A DNA stretch of 63,908 nucleotides, counting the filler, from Chiloscyllium plagiosum (lineage: Eukaryota), in the NCBI RefSeq assembly GCF_004010195.1. It is 6 parts of one record of this genome, joined end to end, with 100 filler letters (N's around TTAATTAATTAA, not from the genome) between each part and the next. Parts side by side here need not be neighbours in the genome. Positions count along the whole stretch, not along the records: positions 36,488 to 47,992 come from NC_057710.1; positions 48,093 to 55,520 come from NC_057710.1; 4 more parts are not named here. One strand, given 5' to 3'. The notes beneath the pieces are model-generated. The model had not been told where the DNA came from and did no database searches. It saw only the letters and a list, made by a program, of their open reading frames with translations. Made by a program: the position numbers and the translations under genes. Shown here one piece after another: positions 38,711 to 50,119 of this stretch; positions within the stretch are counted from its first letter, which is position 1, and the number at the start of each line of letters is the position of its first letter.

Positions 38711-38915
38711 GAAGCTGAGCGTAAAAGCAATCACGAATCCTTATTTCCTGGATAATGTGGGCAATCCAGCAGCGAATGGTCTTTACGATTTGGCATTAGG
38801 TCCAGCTGATTCGAAGGAAGTATGTGGTACCTGTGCGCAAGATTATAATAATTGCCCTGGACACATTGGCCATATAAATCTCCCATTAACTGTCTATAAT
38901 CCGCTATTTTTTGAT
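38711..38915 (+). CDS. POLR1A: POLR1A (RNA polymerase I largest subunit), exon 2 equivalent
   Basis: ttttag|g [68 protein letters not shown]|gtaag; contains the CxxC...CxGH clamp Zn motif; 205 nt. Confidence 0.96.
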
Positions 38916-39224
38916 GTAAGTATCCACTGCAGTTGATTTATTTGATTCAAATTCCAGGAATTACAATTGACGACAATTTGTGCGATGCCCTTGGCCTCCC
39001 CTTATACAAGTTGAAGACGTTTTGAATCCCTAGTACTCTTGCTACTGACTGTCACAGTTATGCATGCATTATTCAAAAATGGCCCCATGATTTACCAATC
39101 TAAAAAAACATACTGCTGCTCATGTGAGCAAACTGCAAGTAAAACTTTTTAATATAAAATTCTTCTTTCCGTTGATTCTAATGATTATATGTTCTAATAG
39201 AACATTCTGAGTATTTTCTGAATA

Positions 39225-40045
39225 CTTAAGAAATAGAAGCAATGGTTGGTCATACTGCCTGCCCTTTCATGAAATTTTATTGATCTTTCCCTTCAGTTTG
39301 CTACCTAATCGTCATATTCCTTGATTCTTCCAAAGACCAAACCTCTTGACTATCGGCCTTAATTATCAGCAGCGAAGAGAATTGACAATACTCTGGGATA
39401 GAGAATTCCAAATAATTAAAATCATTTGAGTGAAAAAAATGTTGTCTTCTCTCATTTCTAAACAGTTACACTTACCTGGAGATTGTGACCCATGTTTCAG
39501 ATTTCCCAGTTGTCTCTACCCTGGTTTATCCTTCAGTATCTTCCATCTTTCAATGAGGTCATCTCTCATTCTTCTAAGCTTCAGCAAATATAGACCTAAT
39601 TATTCCGCCTCTCAAGAAGTGACAACCCTGCCATGAATCTTGAGCTTTCATTGTACTGCTTCTAAGGCAAATATGTCTTTCCTTGTATGGCAAACAAAAT
39701 TGTGTACAGTATTCTAGGTGTGGTCTCAACAAAGTCCTGTACAATTGCATTTTTTTGGCAATAGAATTGCAATATTTATTATTTATTCCTATACTCCAAT
39801 TCCTGTACGATAAAGACCAATCTGCTATTTGCCTACTAAATTATTTGCTCTTCCTGCAAGGTTATTATTAGTGTTTCTTCTGAGAATACCCTCGTGCCTC
39901 TGAACACTAACCTTTACAATTTCATGCCTTTAAAAAAGTTTTTTTTAATTTAATAAAATAAATAATCTTACATTTCCCCAAATTATACTCCATCTGCCAT
40001 CTGATGCCCACTCACTTAATTTGCTTATCAATTCTGTGTCCTTTG
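39225..40045 (-). mobile_element. old CR1 3' fragment
   Basis: Degenerate homology to the CR1 C-terminus and tail. Confidence 0.6.
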
Positions 40046-40779
40046 CTTAGCAAACTTGTAAATATGTTTTAAAATCAACCTGTTCAGACATGTTATGAAA
40101 CATCTCTGGAGCAAGGAGTACTTGAACCTGGGTGTCCTGGCTCAGAAGTAGAAGCACTGTCACTGTGTCACAAGAGCCCTCAGCAAATTTTGATACTTTT
40201 GGTATCTTTGGCCAGGTCATTAATATAGATAGTAAATTGTTGAGTTCCTGCACTGACTGTTGCTGTACTCTGCCAGTTTCAACTTGTGTGCTATACTCCT
40301 TGTAGTCAACTGTGAAGGCCAATCATTACTCAGTTTAGATTTATTCACAGATTGAAATATTGCAAGTATATACCTCTTAACTCAACGATACCACAGTAAA
40401 TGTCATTTTAACATGTGCTCAAATAAAAAGCCAATTTGTGCCTAATGTTTTCTAATATTTTCACCAAATACTAAGTTGTTGAGCTTACTTTTTTTATTTG
40501 TGAGACCAGCATTCATTCCACATCCCTAATTGAAATTTGACAAGATGAGTTCACATTTCAGATGTGATAAATCCTAAAAAGGCATATTCCTTACCATGAG
40601 CCCCAGATAAAGTGGGTTGAAAATATAAGCTTTAGGTCCCTTTGAAACAGTAACAAATGTGAGGCAATATCAAGTTAAATTTCAAGAAATTGCTAATCAG
40701 GTGTGTATCTGAACAAATCATGTTTATTTGCATTGAGTAGTTTGGTTGTTTATCTTTCAAGTCATAGTCCCAGGAGACC

Positions 40780-41118
40780 ACAGAATCAGAATTTCCACAA
40801 TGTCGAAACAGGCCATATGGCCCATCAAGTCTGCACCAACCCGCTGAAGATCTCACCCAGAGATCTGTCCCCCTCACCAATCTTGTAACCCTGTGTTTTC
40901 CGTGGCTAATCCACCTAACCTATATATCCCTAGACACAATGGGCAACTTAGCAAGGCCAATATACCGAACCTGCCTAATCTTTGGACTGTGGGAGGAAAC
41001 TGGAACACCTGGAGGCACCCCATGCAGACATTGGAAGAATGTGCAATTTTCACACCGAGTCGCCTGCGGGTCCTTGACACTGGTGAGGCAGCAGTGCTAA
41101 CTAACCACTGAGCGACAT
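40780..41118 (-). mobile_element. HE1-like V-SINE
   Basis: V domain (tttggactgtgggaggaaac) and tRNA head on the minus strand. Confidence 0.8.
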
Positions 41119-41154
41119 AGGACTGGTCTCTTAGAGAGATGAGTTGAGCTGAAT

Positions 41155-42415
41155 TAGAGTCATAGAGATGTACAGTATGGAAACAGACCCTTCGGTCCAA
41201 CTCGTCCATGCTGACTCAGATATCTCAACTCCATCTAGTCCCACCTGCCAGCACCTGGCCCCTATCCCTCCAAATCCTTGCTATTCATATACCCATCCAA
41301 ATGCCTCTTAAATGTTGCAATTGTACCAGCCTCTACCACATCCTCGGGCAGGTCATTCCATACACGTACAACCCTCTGCGTGAAAACGTTGCCCCTTAGG
41401 TTTCTTTTATATCTTTCCCCTCTCACCCTAAACCCTCTAGTTCTGGACTCCTCAACCCCAGAGAAAAGACTTTGTCTATTTATCCTATCCATGTCCCTCA
41501 TAATTTTGTAAACCTCAATNNNNNNNNNNNNNNNNNNNNNNNNNNNNNNNNNNNNNNNNNNNNNNNNNNNNNNNNNNNNNNNNNNNNNNNNNNNNNNNNN
41601 NNNNNNNNNNNNNNNNNNNNNNNNNNNNNNNNNNNNNNNNNNNNNNNNNNNNNNNNNNNNNNNNNNNNNNNNNNNNNNNNNNNNNNNNNNNNNNNNNNNN
41701 NNNNNNNNNNNNNNNNNNNNNNNNNNNNNNNNNNNNNNNNNNNNNNNNNNNNNNNNNNNNNNNNNNNNNNNNNNNNNNNNNNNNNNNNNNNNNNNNNNNN
41801 NNNNNNNNNNNNNNNNNNNNNNNNNNNNNNNNNNNNNNNNNNNNNNNNNNNNNNNNNNNNNNNNNNNNNNNNNNNNNNNNNNNNNNNNNNNNNNNNNNNN
41901 NNNNNNNNNNNNNNNNNNNNNNNNNNNNNNNNNNNNNNNNNNNNNNNNNNNNNNNNNNNNNNNNNNNNNNNNNNNNNNNNNNNNNNNNNNNNNNNNNNNN
42001 NNNNTAATCAGTCTCCCATGGGGAACCTTGTCGAACGCCTTACTGAAGTCCATATAGGTCACATCTACTGCTCTGCCCTCATCAATCTTCTTTGTTACTT
42101 CTTCAAAAAACTCAATCAAGTTTGTGCGACATGATTTTCCCACACACAAAGCCATGTTGACTATACCTAATCCGTAATTGCCTTTCCATATACATGTACA
42201 TCCTGTCATTCAGGATTCCCTCCAACAACTTGCCCACCACCGAGGTCAGGCTCACTGGTCTATAGTTCCCTGGCTTGTCTTTGCCGCCCGTCTTAAACAG
42301 TGGCACCACGCTTGCCAACCTCCAGTCTTCCGGCACCTCATCTGTGACTATCGATGATACAAATATTTCAGCAAGAGGCCCAGCAATCACTTCTCGAGCT
42401 TCCCACAAAGTTCTC
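41155..42415 (-). mobile_element. young CR1 3' part (gapped), inserted into a SINE
   Basis: YMDFSKAFDKVPH and NYRPVSLTS motifs; SINE pieces on both sides (41119-41154, 42415-42570). Confidence 0.9.
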
Positions 42416-43062
42416 ACAGAATTAACTTGAGGGTCCTCACAAGTCAGGTGAGGTTTGAGGTTGAGAAGGCAGGACCTTCATCGTAACTTCAGTTGGTGCG
42501 GAATTGACCCTGTGCTGTTGGTGTCACTCTACATTGTGCATCAGCCATCCAGCCAACTGGGCTAATTAACACTTAGACTTCTCTTTCAAGTAACTGTCTG
42601 GCAACAAAATGAACATTAATCGCGATAGTATATTGAATTCAGCCAGAAATTTCCAACACAGACCCCCTCCCCCCCAAAAAAATGGTCTTCAGTGTTTTGA
42701 GTGCAGAAACCCACCTGGAAACTGTAGTATGAAATAGTACTTCATTTTGTAATTCAGCTTGCTTTTCAGGGCTCGCAGATAAATGCATATTCCAACAATT
42801 TTGCATCATGAAATTAACTAATGTACATCATTTAAACTTGAATTACCATTAAACATTTTAGTTTGGCTTTCTTACTCTATTTTATTTTGTTTTAATGTAT
42901 GTTTAATGAATTAAGTTTTGATTGATTGGATAACGGAAAAGAGAAACTATTCAGGTGTGGTTCTGACATGAGATCTGAATGACTGAGTTGATAGCATATT
43001 TTTATCTCATTTTGATGTTATTCTAAAGATTTTTTTTAACAAACAAGTATGTTTCTGAACAG

Positions 43063-43212
43063 AAACTGTATCTGTTGATAAGAGGCTCCTGTTTGAATTG
43101 CCATTTCCTGACATGCCCCCGTGCAATGATGTACCTGCTGCTAAATCAGTTGAAAGTTATAGATGTCGGAGCCATTGAAGCTGTTTATGAGTTGGAGAAT
43201 GTACTGAATAAG
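43063..43212 (+). CDS. POLR1A: POLR1A exon 3 equivalent
   Basis: aacag|[50 protein letters not shown]|gtgag; 150 nt, phase 0/0. Confidence 0.95.
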
Positions 43213-43674
43213 GTGAGTAATTTGTGTTGACTGAAAAAATTATTAACTTCGATAGTTTCTGCCCTTTTCTAATTGTAAGATTTCAGTTATTTACAAGTCT
43301 TTGGACAAATTCAAGTGTCAGCCGTTTCTCAGTGAGAACAGCCTTGCATCTGATTTAGAAGGTCAAAAGTTCAAATCCCTTTCTGGAGAAGGGAGAATCT
43401 AGGCTGATCCTGCAGACCAGTATTAAAGCTGCATGTTTTTTGAATGACTCACTAAATTGCTTGCTGAAAAGAGAGAGACATTACTGAAGTTTTAAAACTT
43501 AATTCATCAGGGCAACTGCAGAAGTGCCAAATTTCAAATGATTACAATTTATCCTACCGAGCAAAAGCCTGTATTATTTAGATTGTTCAGCAAGTCAGCT
43601 CTGATTAGCTGATGCATTTCTGAGGGGAAATCAATTGGAAGTAATTGTGTGTGCTAGTAGCTACACAAATGCAG

Positions 43675-43890
43675 TTAGGGGACAGTTAGCTCAGTTGATG
43701 AGATGGCTGGTTTGCATGAGAGAGGAACCCCAACAGTGTGGGTTCAATCTATTTTGGCTGAGGTTAGTAAGATTACTCCTCAACCTCTCTCCATGCCTGA
43801 GGTGTGTTGACACTTGGGTTAAACCACCATCTGTGTGTAATAAGAGAGCAGCCCCTTGGTCCGGTAATACTATGGCGACTCCCCACTAAC
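43675..43890 (+). mobile_element. tRNA-derived SINE
   Basis: A-box tagctcagttg and B-box ggttcaatc. Confidence 0.6.
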
Positions 43891-45169
43891 AATTTGAGAT
43901 AATCAGTTGCGCCTGCTTATGCTTGCTCGAAGTAGCTTACATTCATAGAGGGAGCCATTCTGCAAGATCTACACTATTTTTAATTACCTGGGAGACTGGG
44001 AAGCTTATTGTTCTCCATTTGCTTCCTCCAATACAGTGTCTTGATCAATCAGAGTTCATTTGCCTGCAAATTGATTCCCTTTCACCTGTAGTATAAATTG
44101 TTGTGAAATTTGGCATTCTTGTGTTTGCCCTGATGAGTGTGTGATAACAACAACTTCAACAACATTCTTTTCAGCATCATTAGGTTGAAATTCCATAGCA
44201 GTGTTTGATGAAGTGTTTGGGAATTTTGTTGGTATCCTGGGCAACATTTATCACTGATTCAGCAATAAGTGCATTCTTTTCCATGTGATCTGTTATCTTT
44301 GGAACAAGCTGTCAGAGGAAATGGTGCAGGTGGGTACAGTAACATTTAAAAGGCACCTGGATGGATATATGAACATGAACAGTACAGAGGGATTTGGGCC
44401 AAAAGGTGGCAAATGCGACTAGGTCAGAGTGGGATGTTTGGTGCGGATGAGTTGGGCTGAAGGGTTTATCTTCATGCTGCATGACTTTATAACTGAGTGG
44501 TTTTAGATGACAATTGAGGGTTAGCCAACTTAGTATAGTTTGGCAGTTACAAGCCAGATCAAGTAAGGTCACTAGTGAACAAGATTAGTTTTCAAGCAGG
44601 CCGATGGATTACTCGTCTCAGCACATCACCACTAAGCTACTGTTCCCAAGTCTTTTCAATTTATCTATCATAAACAGCAGTAAGGATTCGAGCTGTAGGT
44701 AAAGTGGCTGCCATATGTACCTTCATTATAACAATAATTACACTTGAAAATAATTTTGGCTACAAAGCCCTTTGCAGTAGGTATAAGGTGTTGTCAGCAG
44801 TTATAAAAGGTATGATGCTTTCCTACGTGTACTGAAGTAATTAATTCTTTGTTGGATATTTATACTTTGTCTGATTATCAAATACTGAAAAGCCTGGAGT
44901 GTCACCTCCAGTCGGTTATTTGACCAATGGGGACAAAGCAACCGAGCCCAAAGCTTGTCTCATCTGAAATTTACACTTGTGCAATTCTGGCTGGGCTTTC
45001 TGAATGTAAAATAGGACCTGATGGTTTCAACTTTCTCACCTGAGTTCTTGATACTAATTATAGTGCCTCAGCTGGCCATACAATGCTAGCCATGATTCAA
45101 CCAGAAGTCCCACTCCAAAGACATGTGTGAGAAAGAAATCTCAGCTGACACTGAGTGGGCTGCACTGTT

Positions 45170-45830
45170 AAAAGGTAAAAACAATGACTGCAGATGGTCA
45201 ACCAGATTCTGGATCAGTGGTGCTGGAAGAGCACAGCAGTTCAGGCAGCATCCGAGGAGCTTCGAAATCGACGTTTTGGGCAAAAGCCCTTCATCAAGAA
45301 TAAAGGTAGTGAGCCTGAAGCTTGGAGAGATAAGCTAGAGGAGGGTCGGGGTGGGGAGAGAGTAGCATATAGTACAATGGGTGAGTGAGGGAGGAGATGA
45401 AGGTGATAGGTCAGGGAGGAGAGGGTGGNNNNNNNNNNNNNNNNNNNNNNNNNNNNNNNNNNNNNNNNNNNNNNNNNNNNNNNNNNNNNNNNNNNNNNNN
45501 NNNNNNNNNNNNNNNNNNNNNNNNNNNNNNNNNNNNNNNNNNNNNNNNNNNNNNNNNNNNNNNNNNNNNNNNNNNNNNNNNNNNNNNNNNNNNNNNNNNN
45601 NNNNNAGGTAAAACTTTGATGGATGTGGAAGGCTCCTTTAGGGCCTTGGATAGAGGTGAGGGAGGAGGTGTGGGCACAGGTTTTACAGTTCCTGCGGTGG
45701 CAGGGGAAAGTGCCAGGATGTGAGGGTGGGTCGTAGGGGGTCGTGGACCTGACCAGATGGTCACGGAGGGAAGGGTCTTTGCGGAAGGCGGAAAGGGGTG
45801 GGGAGGGAAATATATCCCTGGTGGTGGGGT
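45170..45830 (-). mobile_element. Penelope family 1 3' part (gapped)
   Basis: ORF 45241-45897 contains PGTFPCHRRNCKTCAH, matching 19000-19140; terminus with decayed hammerhead at ~45268-45297. Confidence 0.88.
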
Positions 45831-45834
45831 TTTT

Positions 45835-46048
45835 TTTGGACAGTGTGGAAACAGGCCCTTCGACCCAACAAGTCCACGCCGACCCGCCGAAGCGCACCCA
45901 CCCATACCCATTCCCCTACATTTACCGCTGCATCTAACACTACAGGCAATTTAGCGTGGCCAATTCACCTAACCTGCACATTTTTGGACTGTGGGAGGAA
46001 ACCGGAGCACCCGGAGGAAACCCACGCAGACACTGGGAGAATGTGCGA
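45835..46048 (-). mobile_element. HE1-like SINE fragment
   Basis: Near-identical to 8046-8245. Confidence 0.85.
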
Positions 46049-46709
46049 GGTATAAAGCTGAGGTACCGTCTGTTCCCTCCAACCTTATTAAAATCATCAT
46101 TAAAAGATTCCAAAGCACTTTGAAGAAGCAGTGCATTATTCCTAGTGTCTCCGCTATTTCTTTCTTCTATTCTGTGATCAACATCATTAAAATTGATTAA
46201 TTGATAAGCATCACAATTCTGTGGAAATTCAGAGGTAACATTTCAAGTCCAGTGATCCTCTTCAGGAGTTCTAAAATTCATGAAAGGCAGTTGTATAAAT
46301 TAAGACTTCCTTTACTACTATCTTGCCTAGTGATGAATTAACTTAGTCTAGATGAGAGATTGAACCTGCAATAAATTTAGAAAATTCCAGAGAAATCCAA
46401 CATATCTAGCAGCATCTATGGAGACAGAAGCAGATTTAATGCTCTGTGTCCAGTATGACTGTTCTTCAAAAGTAGTTCACCTCTCCAGTATTTGGTGGAT
46501 AAACATGCAGAGTTACTGAGAATTTATTTTAGTCACTGTAGTGCATTGTATATTTCTGCATTAAACTCTGTTGTTACTGTACACTGGCAACTGACCTTGG
46601 CGAATTGGATTGTTTATGCATGAATCATGATCGTTGCGAGGAGAGAAATGTAGAAAAAGATATATTTTTAATATTTCCTTATGGTTTAGTAGAATTTTGT
46701 TTTGAACAG

Positions 46710-46814
46710 GTGCTGGAGGAAAATTCAAATGCCACTGTGGATGAAATCCAGACTGCACTGAATGAACATACTTTAATTATTCTGAACAATCGTATGAATG
46801 ACAAAGTTTCCCGG
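46710..46814 (+). CDS. POLR1A: POLR1A exon 4 equivalent
   Basis: aacag|VLEENSNATVDEIQTALNEHTLIILNNRMNDKVSR|gtaagt; 105 nt, phase 0/0, fits between the flanking exons. Confidence 0.88.
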
Positions 46815-47807
46815 GTAAGTGTAAAACTGATCAGTAAATGTTGCCATGTGGACATTAGTTAATGTACTTATTATCTTTTTAGAAAGACTTCAATAAGATA
46901 TATCACAAGAGGCTTGTTACATTGACAAAGCTTTATGATATTTTAAAAAAATGAAATACCATGAAAAGATAGGTAGGAAGCAGAGTTGTTTCTCACATTG
47001 GAGAAAGACGGAATGAATTGGTGGTGAAAGTGTTCGATCCACTTGTGTCTGCAAGGATGAGTGCAATTTCAAAATGTGTTCATGATAAAAAGAAAATTAG
47101 CAAGTTACGCCCATGACAAGCCAGTTTTTAAAACAAAACGTCTGGAAAACAGTCACAAATTGATGGAAGAGGCAAGGAAGTGACAGAGGTCCATCTTGTC
47201 TTTGAGTCAAAAGGTTAATGTCAAGCCCCACTTGATTGTGTAAAGTTGGCTAATCCTTAAATGTAGTATTAAAGGAATGTAACTGTTGAAGATGCCATCT
47301 TTTATATACCCTCAGATGGTTGTGCAAGATTTCATGCTAGTGTGTGAAGGAGAGCAAAGAACTTCTGGTATCTCAAATAATCAGATTATCTTGTCTGCTT
47401 TATCACTGCTCATGCGATCTCGTAATGCATTAGTTGGTTTCTGGGTCCTACATTAAAACAGTGATTACTCTCTGCAAAAGAAATTTGTATTTTTGGCTCT
47501 GAAATTTGCTGAGGTTCGTAAAGATTGTGAGTACACATGACTTAGAAGCAAAGTCCTTCCCTGCTTTCCTTCCCTTTTACTAAGTAATGATTACCCTACT
47601 TTCTTATCCAATTACTGTTGGAGGTGGACTATAATGGGAATTTAGCTGGTGTGTGCACGTACAATATTTCAGCATAAATATTTTTGGAATGCTGTTGAGA
47701 ATGTACTCTGACTTAGCTTGATATATTCCCTGCAATCCTATTCAAAATTCATAACTTGTGAAAATAACAATCGTTGAAGATTGAGTGTTAAGTGCAAAAC
47801 TGTGTTA

Positions 47808-49655
47808 GAACATAGAACAATACAGCACAGAACAGGCCCTTCGGCCCACGATGTTGTGCCGAACATTTGTCCTAGCTTAAGCACCCATCCATGTACCTAT
47901 CCAATTGCCGCTTAAAGGTCACCAAAGATTCTGACTCTACCACTCCCATAGGCAGTGCATTCCATGCCCCCACCACTCTCAGGGTAAAGAACNNNNNNNN
48001 NNNNNNNNNNNNNNNNNNNNNNNNNNNNNNNNNNNNTTAATTAATTAANNNNNNNNNNNNNNNNNNNNNNNNNNNNNNNNNNNNNNNNNNNNGCACCTTT
48101 CCTATTTCTGGCTTCAGCCCATACTACCTCCAGAGGCAGATCCCCCTCAAACTTCCTTTCTGCAGCCGTTATACCATTTCTAATTAGCAATGCCACCCCC
48201 CTCCTTTTTTACCACCCTCCCTAATCTTACTGAAACATCTGTAACCAGGAACCTCCAACAACCATTCCTGTCCCTCTTCTATCCACGTTTCCGTGATGGC
48301 CACAACATCGTAGTCCCAGGTACCTATCCACGCCTTAAGTTCACCGACCTTATTTCTGATACTCCTTGCGTTGAAGTATATGCACTTGAACCCATCTCTG
48401 TGTCTGCAAGTATTCCCTGTCAGTGCTACCTTCTTCACAGCCTCCCTACATTCTTGGACATGCTGACAAACAGCTAGCCTACTTGCTGGACTACAAGTCC
48501 GGATCCCATTCCCCTGCCAAATTAGTTTAAACCCCCCCGAAGAGTGCTAGCAAACCTACCTCCCAGGATATTGGTGCCCTTCTGGTTCAGGTGCAACCTG
48601 TCCTGCTTGTCCAGGTCCCACCTTCCCCAGAATGCAGTCCAATTGTCCAAATACCTGAAGCCCTCCCTCCTACACCATCCTTGCAGCCACGTGTTCAACT
48701 GCACTCTCTCCCTATTCCTTGCCTCACTGTCACGTGGCACCGGCAACAACCCAGAGATGACGACTCTGTCTGTCCTAGCTTTCAGCTTCCAGCCTAACTC
48801 CGAGCTCTTGAATGACCTCTCCACCTCTCTTCCTACCTATGTCGTTGGTGCCAATGTGCACCACGACTTCTGGCTGCACACCCTCCCCCTTAAGGATTCT
48901 GAAGACATGGTCCGAGACGTCTCGGACCCTGGCACCCGGGAGGCAACAAACCCTCCGAGAGTCTCGCCCATGCCCACAGAATTGCCTGTCTGTCCCTCTA
49001 ACTATTGAGTCTCCTATAACTAGCGCTCTCCTCCTTTCCCCCTTTCTCTTCTGAGCCTCAGAGCTGGACCTCGTGCCAGAGACCCGGTCACTGCAGCTTA
49101 CCCCTGCAGACGTCTCGGACCCTGGCACCCGGGAGGCAACAAACCCTCCGAGAGTCTCGCCCATGCCCACAGAATTGCCTGTCTGTCCCTCTAACTATTG
49201 AGTCTCCTATAACTAGCGCTCTCCTCCTTTCCCCCTTTCTCTTCTGAGCCTCAGAGCTGGACCTCGTGCCAGAGACCCGGTCACTGCAGCTTACCCCTGC
49301 TAGGCTGTCGCCCCCACCAGTATTCAAAGCGGTATACCTATTGTTTAGGGGAATGACTACAGACCCGGTCACTGCAGCTTACCCCTGCTAGGCTGTCGCC
49401 CCCACCAGTATCCAAAGCGGTATACCTATTGTTCGGGGAATGACTACAGGGGATTTCTGCACTGCCTGCTTCCTCCCTTCCCACCTCTAACTGTTACCCA
49501 GCTACCTCTGTTCTCTGGCGTAACTATGTCCCTCTAGCTTCTATCTATCACCTTCTCAGCCTCTCGAATAATCCTCAGTTCATCCAACTCCAGTTCCCTA
49601 ACTCGTTCTGTGAGGAGCAGAATCTGACTGCATTTCCTGCAGATGAAGTCGGCAG
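47808..49655 (-). mobile_element. CR1 (second family): 3' tail, endonuclease and ORF1; RT lost in linker
   Basis: tagaaca-repeat tail; YFNARSIRNK...VAITETW (48184-48438); LVIGDSIVRG, VHIGTND and DRLHLN esterase motifs. Confidence 0.92.
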
Positions 49656-50119
49656 GAAGTGTTACTTTCATTTGTCATTATAGTATCAGGTTTAAATGGC
49701 TTCTAAGAATTGCTGTCCGTATCTTGTTATAATTCAGTGATTCATTAATCAATTTAGTCTGTTCTGTTTGTGAGCTCATTTGATCTTTATTCTGATGGCA
49801 TATTTGAAACACTTCAATTTTTTTTCTCTCCTTGCTTGTTTTGAAGCTACTAACCTTTGGACAACCTCTGCCAGCCCTACAGCACTGGCTGGCCATTGCT
49901 GGCCATTTCTTTTCCCCAAATTCTAATCCTGCTCTCCACTCCATCAACAGTGGTAAAGATATCAGCCATAACAAACACTGCATCTCAGTTTTAAGTGTCT
50001 CCTCCAAACCTACCTGGTCCGTTCCCTTCCTTTTCCTCTCAACTGGTCACTGTGTAATGCAGCTACCCTTTGTTCTGTAAGTGGTTCAAGTCCCATATGA
50101 CTTTTGCCAAGAGTATAGT

